A DNA stretch of 64,000 bases from Podarcis tiliguerta (taxonomy: Eukaryota), in NCBI GenBank assembly GCA_965153285.1, contig OZ229115.1, one strand, 5' to 3'. Positions within the stretch are counted from its first letter, which is position 1. Each line of letters opens with the position of its first letter. The position numbers were made by a program, and so were the translations under genes. Below the pieces are notes generated by a model. That model searched no databases. It saw only the letters and a program-made list of their open reading frames with translations, and was not told where the DNA came from. Positions 36,443-50,527 of this stretch are shown piece by piece.

Positions 36443-36836
36443 GTTGTTGTTGGTGTTATTTAATCATGTCTGACTCTTCATGACCCCATGGACCAGAACG
36501 CACCAGGCACTCCTGTCTTCCACTGCCTCCGGCAGTTTGGTCAAACTCATGTTCGTAGCTTCGAGAACACTGTCCAACCATCTCGTCCTCTGTCGTCCCC
36601 TTCTCCTTGTGCCCTCAATCTTTCCCAACATCAGGGTCTTTTCCAGGGAGTCTTCTCTTCTCATGAGGTGGCCAAAGTATTGGAGCCTAAGCTTCACAAT
36701 CTGTCCTTCCAGTGAGCACTCTGGGCTGATTTCCTTAAGAATTGAAAGGTTTGATCTTCTTGCAGTCCATGGGACTCCTCCAGCACCGTAATTCAAAAGC
36801 ATCAATCCTTCGGCGATCAGCCTTCTTTATGGTCCA
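36443..36836 (-). mobile_element. Bov-B (RTE) LINE, 5'-truncated 3' fragment
   Basis: Encodes VPWTARRSNLSILKEISPECSLEG...LQYFGHLMRREDSLEKTLMLGKIEG.RRRGRQRTRWLD; (CAA)n tail; frameshifting deletion in the WCWRR region. Confidence 0.93.
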
Positions 36837-37034
36837 GGTACTGAGACATTATTTAGCATGACACCAATACCAGTGTTATCATCCCATCCAAACACTCATC
36901 TTCCATCCTAAAACTGACCAAGACAAAACTAGGGGTGTATTCATTTGTTTTTCAAAAGTGTAAACTGCAGACCATGAATTATGCCATACCCACAATAAAG
37001 AGCCAACGTGTGTCACAGAAGTATTCCCCCCCCC

Positions 37035-37152
37035 CTTTGGTATTTTCTTTTCTCTTTCTATCTCTGTTTTTCGTTTTCATTTAGTTTACTTTCTTTCTTC
37101 TTATTGTATTATGATGGGGGGGGGGGACTTTAATAAAACCTTATTTTAAAAA
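37035..37152 (+). mobile_element. Possible L1-type LINE 3' terminus
   Basis: T-rich tract, G-run, AATAAA and A-rich end interrupting an old CAGAAGTA..CCCACTGAGTTCAATG repeat. Confidence 0.4.
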
Positions 37153-38264
37153 GTAAGCCCCACTGAGTTCAATGAGGCTTATTCCCAGTAAAGTGAACAT
37201 TGGATTGCATCTTCAGTCCCCTTTACTGCAGCCCTACTTCACAGCTGCAGCTGTTAATTCAACTTAACATTTAGCTAGCAACTACCACATTCTTACTGCT
37301 TTTGTATACAAAATGCAACGGAGAGGTTGGGAGTTCACTGAAGTACAGTAGTATCAAGTTACATAAAATGTGGCTGTTGGAGAGTTGGTGCCATTATGGA
37401 TAACAAGTTTACTTTAGTACTGTGCATTTATACATTGTGTGCAATTCAATCCAATTCACACAAATCAGCACTCCTTACAATTATCCTGTAAGATAGCCAT
37501 ATGCTATTATCCTCATATGTAGGTGGAACTGTGGCTCTTTGACATCTCCACCCACAGATTACATGAACCCTACTGTAGACTTATAATAGCAGGATTGTCA
37601 GTTTGAAACCCACAGAATACGTGTATAACCTTTAAAGGCATTAATGGTTGTCAATGCTGCTCCCATCCATTTTTCACATGATCTTTTAACATTTTGGCCT
37701 GTAACAGAGCACAGCTGGTGTCCTGCAGGTGGAGAAGGAGCTCAGAGGGAAGTATCAGGCAAGGAACAGACAGGAGCTGTCTAGACCACCACTGTTGATC
37801 AGTGAATTTTAAAAGGAAGTACACATTTTCCAGATTGTAATCTGGAAACTCAACTGCCATCTGCTACCATCAGCTTCCTTCCTCCGTAAATTCTCACTAA
37901 AATCTGCAACATATTTCTATCCTTTACATTTTTGCAGTGGAATATGTAATATTCCCACTGAAGAGAGTTTTACAAATGTGCTATAACAGTTGTAGCATAA
38001 ACATGACATACAGTCAATGCAGCATGTTATCTACCCCTTCCTGCTCCACGACATTGTGTTATGCCTTAATAGCAGCAACTGAATGGGTTAGGGCACAATC
38101 AGTAGAAATGAGTAAGTTCATTCTAAGCAATACTCCTTGGCACCCATACAAACCACCTTCATTCTTAGTACCACAAACTGCCAAGGACCATTACAGCAAG
38201 CAAACATCAACCACTCCAAAACCTTCATATTTTGCCCTCCTAACAAGGGGCTGTGGTATTATTT

Positions 38265-38522
38265 AGGGTGGTGTGTTGGGTGTTTTCGTTGCTGTAATTG
38301 ATACTATTTTTTTATATTTATTTTTAGATCTTACTGAGATTTTACGTGGAAATTGTTCGATTTTGTTGCGGGGTTTTTTTGGGGATGCGTTTTACTTATT
38401 GTTTATCACTACTTTTGTTATGTTTATGTTTGTAATTCCGTAAATCTTTTCATGCTCTAAGTCTCCTTGAGCATGGTTTTAATTAGTGAAAGGCGGCCTT
38501 CTAATAAAATGATGAAGAAGGA
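38265..38522 (+). mobile_element. L2-type LINE 3' UTR and tail
   Basis: GT-rich UTR, TAAGTCTCCTTGAG...GAAAGGCGGC stem and (GAT/GAA) tail. Confidence 0.55.
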
Positions 38523-39784
38523 TTAAGAAAGCCCACTTGGATCCCAGATGAAAGCTGTTGTTCGCATTCCATATATATACATACTGGTGTACTTGTGGGG
38601 TGTGTAACATCCCAGTATCACACAAGAGCCCTACTGGGAATGAAGTGCAAGAATATCAGCACACACAGCCCTGTCTAAACCACCTCTTCCGGATGAGCAT
38701 TAAATTAGCTGACATCTCAAGAAGTAGAAAAGTCAACAACTAATGTTACCTTAAAGTATGAATGACACTGAAAACTCATTCTGAACAAGCAATAAATATT
38801 TCAGAGTGCTCATTTAACTCTGCAAACATTAAAAAAAAACATCACCACTAACCAGCAGTTTTACAGTGATCATGTTTTACTTCAAGTAATTGGTTTCTGC
38901 AATACGCTTTATTTTTTAATCCTCCTTTTAACAAGCTGGATTTTCTTACTCACATAAACACCCCAGGGTGTCACATGCCCATGTGCTGAGGCATGATAAC
39001 AATTACATCACCTACGCATTTGCTAGGAAGGAAATGTGCGGAACAACTGTACTGTAAAGATAGCGGTCTCTTGTTGAAACAGATCTCCACTGGGTTTCTC
39101 TAACTAACATTATTTTTAAAAAGTGTGAAGGTTTACAAATTTGTATTGCCATAATCGGTGTCTTCCCAACATCACACAAGCTGTAATGCTTTTCCTCCCA
39201 TATCATGCATTCAGTAATCCTCGTTTTCCTGGGTCACAGGCCCTGAAACCCTCCTTCTCCTTGAATCTCAAATTCTCTCTCTCGCCTTCTTACTGTAATC
39301 CCCTTGTGCAAGATGTGCTGCAGGACTGCTCCCGCATGATGGATTTTCATTCTGCTCAACCTTAAAGGTAACTGGCAATAAAAGTGTTTTATGTATCCAG
39401 TATTCATCGTCCTCATGTGGTTATACAGGCTGTAATTTAACGTCTCAGTAGTGGAGCTATTCATAAACCATTCAAACTGTATCTTTCAACTTTAGAATGT
39501 CATCAGAACTACTTGATTGAATCTTGCCTCGAGTTTGGCACCTCTTTATTCTACATGAAAAGTCAGCTATAAGCATTTTAGCAAATTCAAAATTGCTCAG
39601 AGCTCCCAATAGGAATAGTTGTTAATTAGGACCCATAGCAACAGACCCTCTGGTAAAGGAACAGTATTTGGTAGCAAAGCACTCAGAAGAGATGCCTCTT
39701 TAGAGATAGAGAGGAAGTGTCTGTTCTGAAACAGAATACTTTGAATCCAGGACACACGTCTAGGTTGCAAATGCTTAGACGTCA

Positions 39785-39960
39785 TCCAGACTGGATAGGG
39801 AAGGTCTTATGTTCCAAGAATACACCTTTGCACAGAGTTTATAAGCAGAGGCTGGATGTTTATCTCTTAGGGATGCAATAGTTGCAAGATTCCTGCACTT
39901 AGGAAGAGGTTGGAACAAATGACCTTCAAGGTACCTTCCAACAGCAAAATTCAATGACCT
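39785..39960 (+). mobile_element. CR1 LINE 3' end remnant
   Basis: GATTCCTGCA...GGTTGGAACAAATGACCTTCAAGGTACCTTCCAAC terminal motif. Confidence 0.6.
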
Positions 39961-42900
39961 CAAAGCAAAAGTCACACAGAGACTCTACCAATTTTCGTTC
40001 TTCCTTCTCAAAAAACAGGCCAGCAAAGGATGATAACGCCACTACTCCACAATCTCTCTAGATTTCCTCAATCAGCTCCTTTGTAGGCTGCACTGACACA
40101 AAAGAGGACAGCCGCACAATAATTGAGCACCACAACTTGCTGGTGTCGCACAGCTGTTTTCAGGCTGTTTTACTAATTTTAGAAGCCCAATTATATATGC
40201 AGGTACTGAGAGCCCCATGCCACAAAGGAATTTCAAAACTCCTGCAACAATTCTACAGTATCATTCTGATTAGTTTAAACAAAATGTGCCTTTGAAACTT
40301 TTTGATACAGTATTACCCATCTTTTCCCTGATGTTTCTTTGTTCTTGTGAGTCTGATTCTGTTGTTAACAATTGTTCTATTACTTCTGACACTAATTTAT
40401 TTAATTTGATCATAAAATAACCACTACAGTGAACTGCCTTGTGAATTGAATTTTCTTTAAACCTTATTATTCAAATCATCAGACAATATTCAACAAGCTA
40501 TTTCTCCTAAATACATTTATTCATTGAAATACACAATGAATACACACAAATTAAAAATGAGAATATCACTACTAAAGAGTTGTCAGTGGTTTACTAATTG
40601 CTAACCAATAATTCCAAAGGAGTGCCCTCAAATTGGCTCAGATTTTTTAAAATGCCAATACAACCAGCACAATTTGTAACTCCCTCCCCTCCCTACAAAA
40701 CCAATAAACACCTAAATGCAACCCGTCACTCCTGGCTATGAGTTCTGGAAGACTTGCTCCCTGGAAGACCTCCCTGGTACAACACTGTGGCCACTAGGTT
40801 CTGTCCCAAGCTCTTTAAATCTGCAAGCCATCTATTTAAATGTTTTAACTGGCACTGTTGTCTTTGTGACGGCTAATAAAAAGCTGTGTCCGAGAGGTCT
40901 ACGACTAAAGGGCCATGTGTCACTGAGGATTAAATGGCAACAACGATGAAGAGCCAGCATCCAGATACTTGAAGTCTGTTCAAGGGCTTGCATATACCCA
41001 GTGGATATTCTGACCTCCCTTTTCCTTCCTTTTGCATTTTGAAACTCTCTGCAGTTTCAAGTTCCCTTCAATGCTCAGTACTAGTTATGCAGTTCTTCAT
41101 TTCCCGTTGAATGTAAATAACAAATATGACTTCACTAGCTTCCTATGGATTTACACTTTTCTGAGAGCTGAATCCAGTTCTAACTTGCTAAATTTTCTCC
41201 CTGCAAATCCCTCTGGTTTAATTAGGCTTGTGTAATATCACATACACAGACTGCAAATGGTTATTGCTAAAGAAGTAACAACTGGGGCTTGTTCATTTTT
41301 TTTAATGCAGAAAGTTATGAAGAAATACTTAGCTTTATGTCATTTAGACCAAAATTACATATTTGTTTACTGGCTCACTAGAGGGTTCACAGCAAAATTT
41401 GCAAATTAACAAACGCACTAAAGCAAAGCACTTAAAAGCATAAATATAACATTTCCCCCCAGAAATTACCATAATCTCTTAGTATAAAATGACTACTTAA
41501 CAACTTCCACTTCTTACCTTCATTTCATTTCATGGCCATTTAAGATTTGGCACTGGGCCTAGCAAATGGTTTAGAAGTACCTGATCAGACAGTATTGTAA
41601 GAACTGAGCAGGTGTGAACCTGATCAGTCCTTTGGATGACAGACCACTGAGAGCCCCATATAACAGCAGATTATAATGTAAATAAATGTTTTGGTTTAAA
41701 AAAATATTTAAAAAGATTTGGCATGCATGGCTCTCCTTAATAAGGGGGAAGCCAGACATAATTGGAAGAGTGTAAAAACTAAAAGTAGGATCATGAATGA
41801 AAATGCAGAGGACCAAGCAATAAGCCAGAAGGATTAACTGATAATAAAATGGGTCAATACCAAGATAAAAGTTAGTAAGCAAGTCAGAAAGTACCTCCAA
41901 AGGTCAGGCCATAAATCAGATTCAGAGACAACAAGCTTATAGGATTAATATGGCCTGGACAAAGTGCAAAAAGAGCTCAACTGAATACTCAAGCTAAAGG
42001 TGGACCACAGCAAACATCACTAGAATCACACAGAATCACAGGCCAGTTTCCTGTTGGGTCATCTTTCATTCTGGTTGGAAACATGATGCATGTACAGAGA
42101 GATTAACCCAGTGTTATTTGTAGGCTACTAGTAAGACCACTAAGCATACTTGACCAGAACCAAAAGAGATCCACTCTCTAAAGACCTTAGTGAAGAACAT
42201 CTGCTGAAATACTATTAAACTTCACCCTCTTGCCCTTTGAGGTACATGTGAGATGACTGTGTCACAGACATTCATTTTGAGAGATCCCAGCTATCAAATA
42301 GGGGAATCACTATATTAAGCTCTAAATATATATAAACGGAGTCCTGCTTTTGCTCTAAGACACCATCGACCAAGACTCATTATATTGTGTTGCTTGATTC
42401 CACCATCTTGAGGTAGCCAATAACCCCACTAACTTAAAATTCTCCTCACAATTTCCTATAGGTTTTGGAGGGTGATGGGGAGTTTCTGAACACATTTAAC
42501 CTTTTTAAAAAAATATTTCTTCCTCATAGCAGTTTAAGAGCTAGGAGCTAATTTAAGGACAAACATGTCACGATATCTGAGAGAATATCCACAGTGGATG
42601 AAATAATTACTGCAGGAAATGGGGAGTTTGAACAATGCTTAGGTTCGGTTTTTGCATACAGATAACACTGTAGACAAGAGTTTTGGCCCATCTGCTATCT
42701 AGTATCCATCAAAATTCCCTGCCCCCACTATATATTTCTTCCACTTATTTTAGCCATCTTGCTGTGGTATTCATTGTTCTAAAGTTCAAACCAGCATAAA
42801 GCAACAATTTAATGTGTGCTGACAAAAAAAAGACAAAAAACACCCAGGAAATTCACCTAAAGTCACCGGGCCTATCAACCTCCTAAATCTACTGAGAAAA

Positions 42901-43879
42901 GGTAGTTCTGAAATGGTGTAAGAAAAATCAATTTCTGAGCACATTTTCCTGTTCACCCAACAGCATTTTAAAGTTGTGTCAAATCACCTGGAAAGGCAGC
43001 AAGTCCATTTGTATGCATTTCATAGGTAGCATTTTGAAAGAATATTGGCCATTGTACATTTCTGAAGTTACAGTGTGTGTTGGACGATGTGTATAAGTCC
43101 ATAATGTTTCTAATAGTACAGGACAATATTTGGGGATATAGGAAACAAAAGAGAACATGTATGGAATGTTAAAGTCCTTAAGTACTGCCTGTTAATCCAA
43201 AAGCTTCAACGCTTTCTCCAAGACTGAGAGGGAGATAAACCAAAGAATAATAATTGATATTATCTAATAATTAAAGAGAAACTGAAACTGCAGCAGAAGC
43301 TTCCTCACACAGTTTCATTTTATTTGTTTGTGAAATGTTTAACCTCCTTTGACCTGTTTTCAAGCAGTTTATGACAGAACGCTTTTAATATAACAATTTT
43401 AAAATGAATGTAAATGGTGTGAGGCTAGGATAAAACTCAAAACATGTCTCAATTAAAAGAGCAAGAATGTTTCTGTCTGTGTCTGGGGGAAAAACACTGG
43501 GATTAAATGAGCCTCCTGGGAGTTCTACACACTGGAGTAAATATTACTGAAAAAGCCATACACTGGTGGATGCAAACCTTGCAGCTACAAATGAAGAGGA
43601 GTTTGTCACAGATCTTAAAGCAGTCTTTGCCAACTTTGTGTCCTCCATACTGGCTGGGGCTGATAGAAGCTGTAGTCCAAAACACAGGAAAGTTGGCAAA
43701 GGCAGTCTTAAAACATGGAGCAGAGGGAAGAAATATTCCACAACATACTTCAGAGCTTTATAGATCCAGCCATCATCTTCAGTTGATCCTAGATGTTAAT
43801 CACTGCAATTGCTGAAGAATAAGCATAATATTTTCTCACTGGTTAGACCCATCAAAAGCCATGCTTGCAGTCACTAAAC

Positions 43880-44615
43880 CAACTAAAGTTTCTCGTCTGT
43901 GTTCAAAGGCAGTCGCACAAAAACAATGCATTACAATCGTCTAAAATTCGCAGTTTAGCAAGGTATGAATGACATTGGCCAGATCTCATAGTCACTACCC
44001 ATAGTTCCAAAAGCAAAACTGGATACAGGAATACCCCCAAGTTATGGATCTGATCCAGACATTTCCCAGCCAGCCAGTCTACTGAGTCTCCTGTTACCAT
44101 AATTTTTATCTTTTTCGTATTGAGTTTCTGTTTATCCACCCTCACCCAGTTTAGTGAATGATTTCAGGCATTTATTGTGAGAGATCACTGCTACACCTAG
44201 ATCTGATGACAAAGAGAAATAGAGGAAGGCATCATCAACATATTGCTGATGCCATGCTCTGTTTTCACAGACAAATGCTTCCTGTGGCTTCATGCAAAAG
44301 TCTAAATAGCACAGGATGTAAAATTGACCTTTGACAAACCCTATAAGAGAATTAAAAGAGAGTCAATTATCAGAACCTGTTTTGCAATATGATACTACCT
44401 CTAGCTCCAATACAGAGAACATGGTCAATAGAACTGAAAGCAGCTGAGCAGTTTAGAACAATGAATGGGGTGACACTTCCCATTTCTCTCCTGGCATGTC
44501 ACCAAGCAGGGTTGCCAAAGACATCTAGTACCAAAACCAGAACTAAAATGATACTGGAACAGCTCAAAAAAATCAGTTTCGCCCAATTACTTGATACAAA
44601 TGATCAGCTATAGTC
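43880..44615 (-). mobile_element. Decayed L2 LINE reverse transcriptase fragment
   Basis: Broken minus-strand frames show FQ.HFS.G.GT, SAAF..IDH, QYVDD (YADD) and LNTKK (LNP.K) in the correct order. Confidence 0.7.
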
Positions 44616-46747
44616 TGGCTATAGTGTAGGCTATTTAAATTAGAGCAGTGAGGAAGAATACATATTTGCCAACCCACAGGAGGAGGGTAAACAAAAGAAC
44701 AAGGGCAAAACCATTGGAGGAAGCCATGGCTACCTTATCACACACTGTATTGGTAGATATCAAGGTAAATATGCATTTATTTGTTTCAGCCAGGCAATCC
44801 CATTTCTAAACCACAGCATCAGTTGTCAAATTTGCCAGTCATTCTAATAATCTAATTGAACCAGAGGCTTTCTTTTCTTTTTTTCCATTTCAGACGAATG
44901 GTTCAATTCTGGCTACAATTATATTATGCATTATCAATCTATCATGTGGTTTGCAAATGATTAGCCCTAACTAAGTGATCGGGGGCAAACACATTTATGT
45001 AGAAGCACTCATACATGTTGCTCAGACCAGAATGTTTTCCATCAGCACAGTATAAAAGCAAATAGACAAAGTACCTAATGCAACATTTTTCCACATTTAC
45101 ATCATGTATACATGTGTGGAAGACATCTGCAAGCTGGCTTCTTTAATGCTGCAGCCAAACTGCTATGCTTCAGAACACATTTTATTAGCTTGACCTCATA
45201 GTTCATAGAAATTGCTTCCGTTTAAGTGTTCCAAAATTGACAGTATAACACATTTTTCCTAGGATGTTCTTATTTCTTTCAGAGGACAAACTACTGTGGC
45301 TGCAGCATGCTAATTATAACTGCATTCAAAGAGAGTCTCCATGGAAACAAGAAGTGACAGAACAGTCACTGAGATGTTCTATTTTATATAAGAAATGAGG
45401 GGTTAAGAGAGTCAATGAATGTGTGATCAGAAATCCTAGCAAAATAAAGTGTGGGCCCTGAAAGTACTGTAATAAGCAAAAATTCAAAAACAAATGCCTG
45501 CAGAGCAATTTTTGCAAACTCTAGCAAAAGCTGGAAGATCAACTTAGTGTTAATATCCTTACAAAGGTACCACAGCAACAAAAAGCTAAATTAATGTACA
45601 ATGTTTTCTTTTTCAGAGTAGTGCCATGCCATAACTTAATGCAGAGATATCACATGTTTCTGGGCTATGGGCATATTTGCAAAATTTGATAATGTGGTGT
45701 AAGCAACAACACAAAATAGCTGCCATCAGTGGGAAAATATGGCCCATCACATAACAAATATTAGTAAACATGGCCCATCGCTGAGTCCAATGATGCCTAT
45801 TCCCAGGAACATGTACTTCAGATTGCAGCCCAAGAAGTTTAAGGAACACATGTAACTGAATTTCCATGTGCTCTTAACACAAATCATAGAGGTTTCTGAT
45901 AATTTACAACAGTAACAGACACTTTTATATTTCCATCCAAACTGAACACAACGTTGTGATTTTATTGGTGGAAAGAAGTGAGAATAGAAGCAAGCTCCCA
46001 GTCCCTGAAGTTTTTGAAGATCAACCCCATGCATGCAGACTCAGAATTAAATCCACTTGCATTCAATGGGGCTTACTGCCCAAACTAGAATGAACATTAA
46101 ATGATATGTTGCATACTTTCAACTGCTTTTGTGATGTGGGATGGGTGTACTTAAAGTTGGGTTCTCTTTGCTTTTGTCTCCATCTAACTTACTGACTGTA
46201 TGGAAACCATCAAAGCATGCAAGATGCATGCACAGCTTTCCAGTCAAGAGCCATGGTAAGCCCTTCTTCTGCTTCCTATGTTGTGGTCTCCCACTCTTGC
46301 TACGAGAAAATAGCTGTTTGAGGAGAAAGAGAGAGGAATGGGAAGGACTCAGAATAAACAAAGCCAAAAAGGGGAGCCCAAATTAACAGCAGGTTGGCAT
46401 CTCCAACCTTATTTCCTCTTCATGCTGGATCTTCTTTTAAGCCACTTAAAAACATCATATGTAGATTTACATCAGAGCTTATTCCTTAAAAAATGAAAAA
46501 TAAAGACACCTCCCAGCAATACATATCACTTTTTCTTTCTGCTACTAAACAATATTTTCCTCTTCTTCAATCCAATGCAGTCTCTGCATCCCCCCCCCCT
46601 TGCAGCAAGTGTCAGAAAAAAGCAATCCTGCCACACTGAAAACTTTCCATAATGTACACAATGTAATTTACACAATGTAAACAAAGGTGCAGTGGATGGA
46701 TACAACAAAAGGTTTGGGGTTTGGGGTTCTTTGCATGCCTGCATGCA

Positions 46748-47010
46748 AGCTGCATATTCCTGCATTGCAGGGCTTGGACTAGATCAGGGGTTGTCAACCT
46801 GGTCCCTACTGCCCACTAGTGGGCATTTCAGGATTCTAGGTGGATGGTAGGCGGGTCTATGACACAAGCTGAATCCTCCTTCCATTGAGCACTGGTGGGC
46901 GGTAAGGAAATTTTACCACCAAGAAAGATGCATTAGCGGGCAGTAGGTATAAAAAGGTTGACTACCCCTGGACTAGATAGGGTCCCTTACAACTATACAA
47001 TTCTATGATC
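46748..47010 (+). mobile_element. 3' half of the tRNA-Ile/CR1-tail SINE, interrupted by a MITE
   Basis: AGCTGCATATTCCTGCATTGCAGGG..TTGGACTAGAT [insertion] AGGGTCCCTT.CAACT..ACAATTCTATGAT. Confidence 0.75.
46785..46970. mobile_element. hAT (Charlie-like) MITE, 186 bp
   Basis: TIRs CAGGGGTTGTCAACCT / AGGTTGACTACCCCTG; perfect TSD GACTAGAT (46777-46784, 46971-46978). Confidence 0.9.
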
Positions 47011-47101
47011 TTTCTATGCATATATAGCCTATATAATGTCCCCCTTAAAACTGCTCTGGTGTTTGATCCCTAAATTATTATTTATTTAAGTGAGTTTAGA
47101 C

Positions 47102-47686
47102 TAACAGTGGTGAACCTCAGCCCTCGGATCAAATCAGCTGGGCAGGGATTCTGCTTCGGTCGGTCAGGTTGCCTTCCCCAAACCACACCCATGTGCCTCA
47201 CCCTCAGCTTTGTATGTGAGGTAGGTAAATATGTTGATACAAAGGGCCAATCAACAGTCTAAAGAGCACTCCTGATTGTTCCTTGCCTTTGCTGCGAATG
47301 CCCATCAGAGAACCCCAGAGAAATTGGCTGCACTACAGAGTTCCCCATCAGGAACCGTGCTGTGCAGCCAATTACTGTAAGTGCCAATCAGCTGAACAGC
47401 AAGCCCCAAATGGAAATGTTTCTTTTGCCCACATGGTTTGAAATCAAATCATGATGGCAAAAGCGCTGAGGTTTGCAGCCACTGATGATCAGCTGATCAG
47501 CAGCTGATGCAAACCATGCTTCCTTTGAAATAAAACTATGCCAGCGAAAGAAAATACTTCCATTTGATGTGATGACAGATGTCTGGTGTCTGGGTGGCCC
47601 CAACCACCTGTCAAAAGTAGCCTACAATGGTTGTAGGAAGGTCTGGATCCAGCCCACAAGCCTGAATTCAGTCCCCCACACCCCTG
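47102..47686. mobile_element. Old hAT non-autonomous element
   Basis: Right end CCCCACACCCCTG, decayed left end, TSD GTTTAGAC / GTATAGTC (6 of 8). Confidence 0.5.
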
Positions 47687-47846
47687 GTATAGTCAGTCAG
47701 TTATAAATTCTCAGTGGGCATTTTCTGCAAGGGGAATTTTGTGTCGGAGGGTTGATCAGTTTGTAAGATTCTAGCCATGTTATCAAGAGTCACAATGTCA
47801 AAAAGGATGGGTGTAGTTGTTCTGAGAAGACCATATCCTGAGCTTA

Positions 47847-48197
47847 AAAAGGTAAAGGTACCCCTGCCCGTACGGGCCAGTCTTGACAGACTCTAGGGTT
47901 GTGCGCTCATCTCAGCCAGCGCTGTCCACAGACACTTCCGGGTCACGTGGCCAGCATGATGAAGCTGCTCCGGCGAACCGGCACCAGAGCAGCACACAGA
48001 AACGCCGCTTACCTTCCTACTATAAAGCGGTACCTATTTATCTACTTGCACTTAAGAGTGCTTTCGAACTGCTAGGTGGGCAGGAGCTGGGACTGAACGA
48101 CGGGAGCTCACCCCGCCGCGGGGATTTGAACCGCCGACCATGCAATCGGCAAGTCCTAGGCGCTGAGGTTTTACCCACAGCGCCACCCGCATCCCTC
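47847..48197 (-). mobile_element. Sauria SINE
   Basis: Typical head, core and tail; TSD ATCCTGAGCTTA (47835-47846, 48198-48209). Confidence 0.92.
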
Positions 48198-48478
48198 ATC
48201 CTGAGCTTACTGCCACTTTAAAAGGATCTGTAGACATAGTTCTTGAAGGTTCAAGGTTTGCATGTATTGCTCAGTAAGGGTATAGGCTGTCCTAGTTTCC
48301 AAAGGAGTCAAGTTGTCCTCAGATTATCCCAGTTCCATAAGGAAGTTGTAACCCTTTTTCCTGTGACTTGAGTAAAAGAACAACACCAGGGCAGTAGCAC
48401 ACATGCTAGCGAAAGAACTACAGGTTAGATATGAAGCAAATCCCATTTTGCCTCCTTTTCAACAACTCCTTATGAATA

Positions 48479-48815
48479 AAGGTAAAAGTAAAGGGACCCC
48501 TGACCATTAGGTCCAGTCACGAACGACTCTGGGGTTGTGGTGCTCATCTCGCTTTATTGGCCGAGGGAGCCGGCATACAGCCAGCATGACGAAGCCGCTT
48601 CTGGCAGAGCAGTGCACAGAAATGCCGTTTACCTTCCCGCCAGAGAAGTACCTATTTATCTACTTGCACTTTGATGTGTTTTTGAACTGCTAGCTTGACA
48701 GGAGCAGGGACCGAGCAACGGGAGCTCACCCCGTCACGGGGATTCGAACAGTCAACCTTCTGATTGGCAAGTCCTAGGCTCTGTGGTTTAACCCACAGTG
48801 CCACCCGCATCCCTT
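48479..48815 (-). mobile_element. Sauria SINE
   Basis: Close to the 14699 copy; TSD CTCCTTATGAATA (48466-48478, 48816-48828). Confidence 0.92.
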
Positions 48816-49463
48816 CTCCTTATGAATATGCCAGCATAAATTATACATAAACTACTGAAGAGGAATGACAGTGGTGTTGCCGGCAGGTGTTGCCAGCAGA
48901 CACCAAGAGGCACAGAGTTAACAGGTCCTTCCCATCCAGAAAAAAAATGTATTCCACAAATCTGTAAGAAACTTCAAAGGTCAAGCACTGAAAATCTGAA
49001 AACATAATGCAACCCAGCTTCAGCCCACATGTGTAGGATGCCTTCTCTTTGTGCTCATTAACAGTCAATGTCAATGCCTCACTCACTTCCTTAAAATACA
49101 TTTAAGGAAGTATTCAAGTGTGTACTCATCATCATCAAGCAAGGCACTAATAGCACTCAGAGCACATTCCTAAAGTTAATCATGTGTTAAACTGCCTTAA
49201 CAAATTGAAATCTTAATGTGTGACCTGTACATTTTGCTCACCAGGGGCATCTAGTTTTAGATGTGAACTTATTCTTCCCTTCACGGCCCTTTCTTCCCTT
49301 TTCTCCCTGATTGCAAGATGACCACAATGAGTCAAGCATGCTTAGGCAGATTGAAATCAATGGGACTGGGAGCTTAACTCTTGAATTGTACTATGGCCTA
49401 AATGCCCAGTGGTCACCCAAAGTGTAAACAGTTCAGTATCAGTTCTGGGGTCGATATGCAATA

Positions 49464-49676
49464 CAGTGGTACCTTCGGTTACAAACTTAATTGGTTCCGG
49501 AGGTCTGTTCGTAGCCAGAAACCGCTCGTAACATGAGGCGCACTTTCACTAATGGTGCCTCCCATAGCGAGCGCAGCACAACTTCTGCTCGCAACCTGGG
49601 GCAAAGTTCGCAACAAGGAGCACCTACTTCCGGGTTAGCGGAGCGCATAACCCGAAGCATTTGCGAGGTACCACTG
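49464..49676. mobile_element. Tc1/mariner MITE (related subfamily)
   Basis: TA|CAGTGGTACCT ... AGGTACCACTG|TA. Confidence 0.85.
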
Positions 49677-50527
49677 TATCTGAGAAAGTGGAATTATTTC
49701 CCTTTTAAAGCATATTCACAACTATGGAAATGTTATGTGGCATGTGGCTGCTTGAATGATGCCAGCACCTCCTGGAGACCCTTCTCCATATTTTCTTTTA
49801 AAAAGAAATACAAAGGAAAGGGCCTGATCTTTGGAATGCCCTCCTGAGTGAGGTATGCACCAACACTGTATTCTTTTAAGAACCAGGCATTTTATTTGCT
49901 CTAATGTTTTAAATTTGTTTTAGCTTTTAGACATTTTTAATGTTTAGCTGGTCGAAAGGGCTTTGTTATTCTTACTTTTGTTGTAGTGTAGGGTTTGTTC
50001 CACCATGATTTGCAATTTTTAGTTTCTAGCTCATTTGTCACAATTTGACCCATAACCACTTGGACATCTGGGGGACTTACCGTACATTTACCTATTAATA
50101 TGGATGTACTGATGGTTATTGTATACTTCATGTGAGCTGTTGGCAGCTTTATTATTATTACCATAGTTAATCATATATTGTTTCTTTTTTCTGTCTTTAA
50201 AATAAACATTTTCTTTACCTTCCTCCCTCAGTTAAATTTGCAAATAACAAACATTATGTTTTTATGTTCAATTATTTTTTAAAAAAATTATTATAGCACA
50301 GTCATCTTTGAATGGGAACATGACACCATTCTTTGGCCACCACTAACTACTGCCTCTATGCCTCATGAATATGGGCATAGAAGTAAGTTAAAGGGCCTCT
50401 CCCAGAAACAGCAGTATCAAAGCATCCCAGCTTCCCAGCATCCCAATCCATTGTGTGGATGAAAAGGAAGAAATAAACTCCCTCCTCACTCTTATGGCAT
50501 AGATCTTATGGTTCCCTCATCAGCACC

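Noticed and set aside
50072-50090. Minus-strand ATG TAC G|gtaagt as SLC44A5 start exon
   Set aside because: Only two codons, weak Kozak context, no promoter features; not excluded but unsupported
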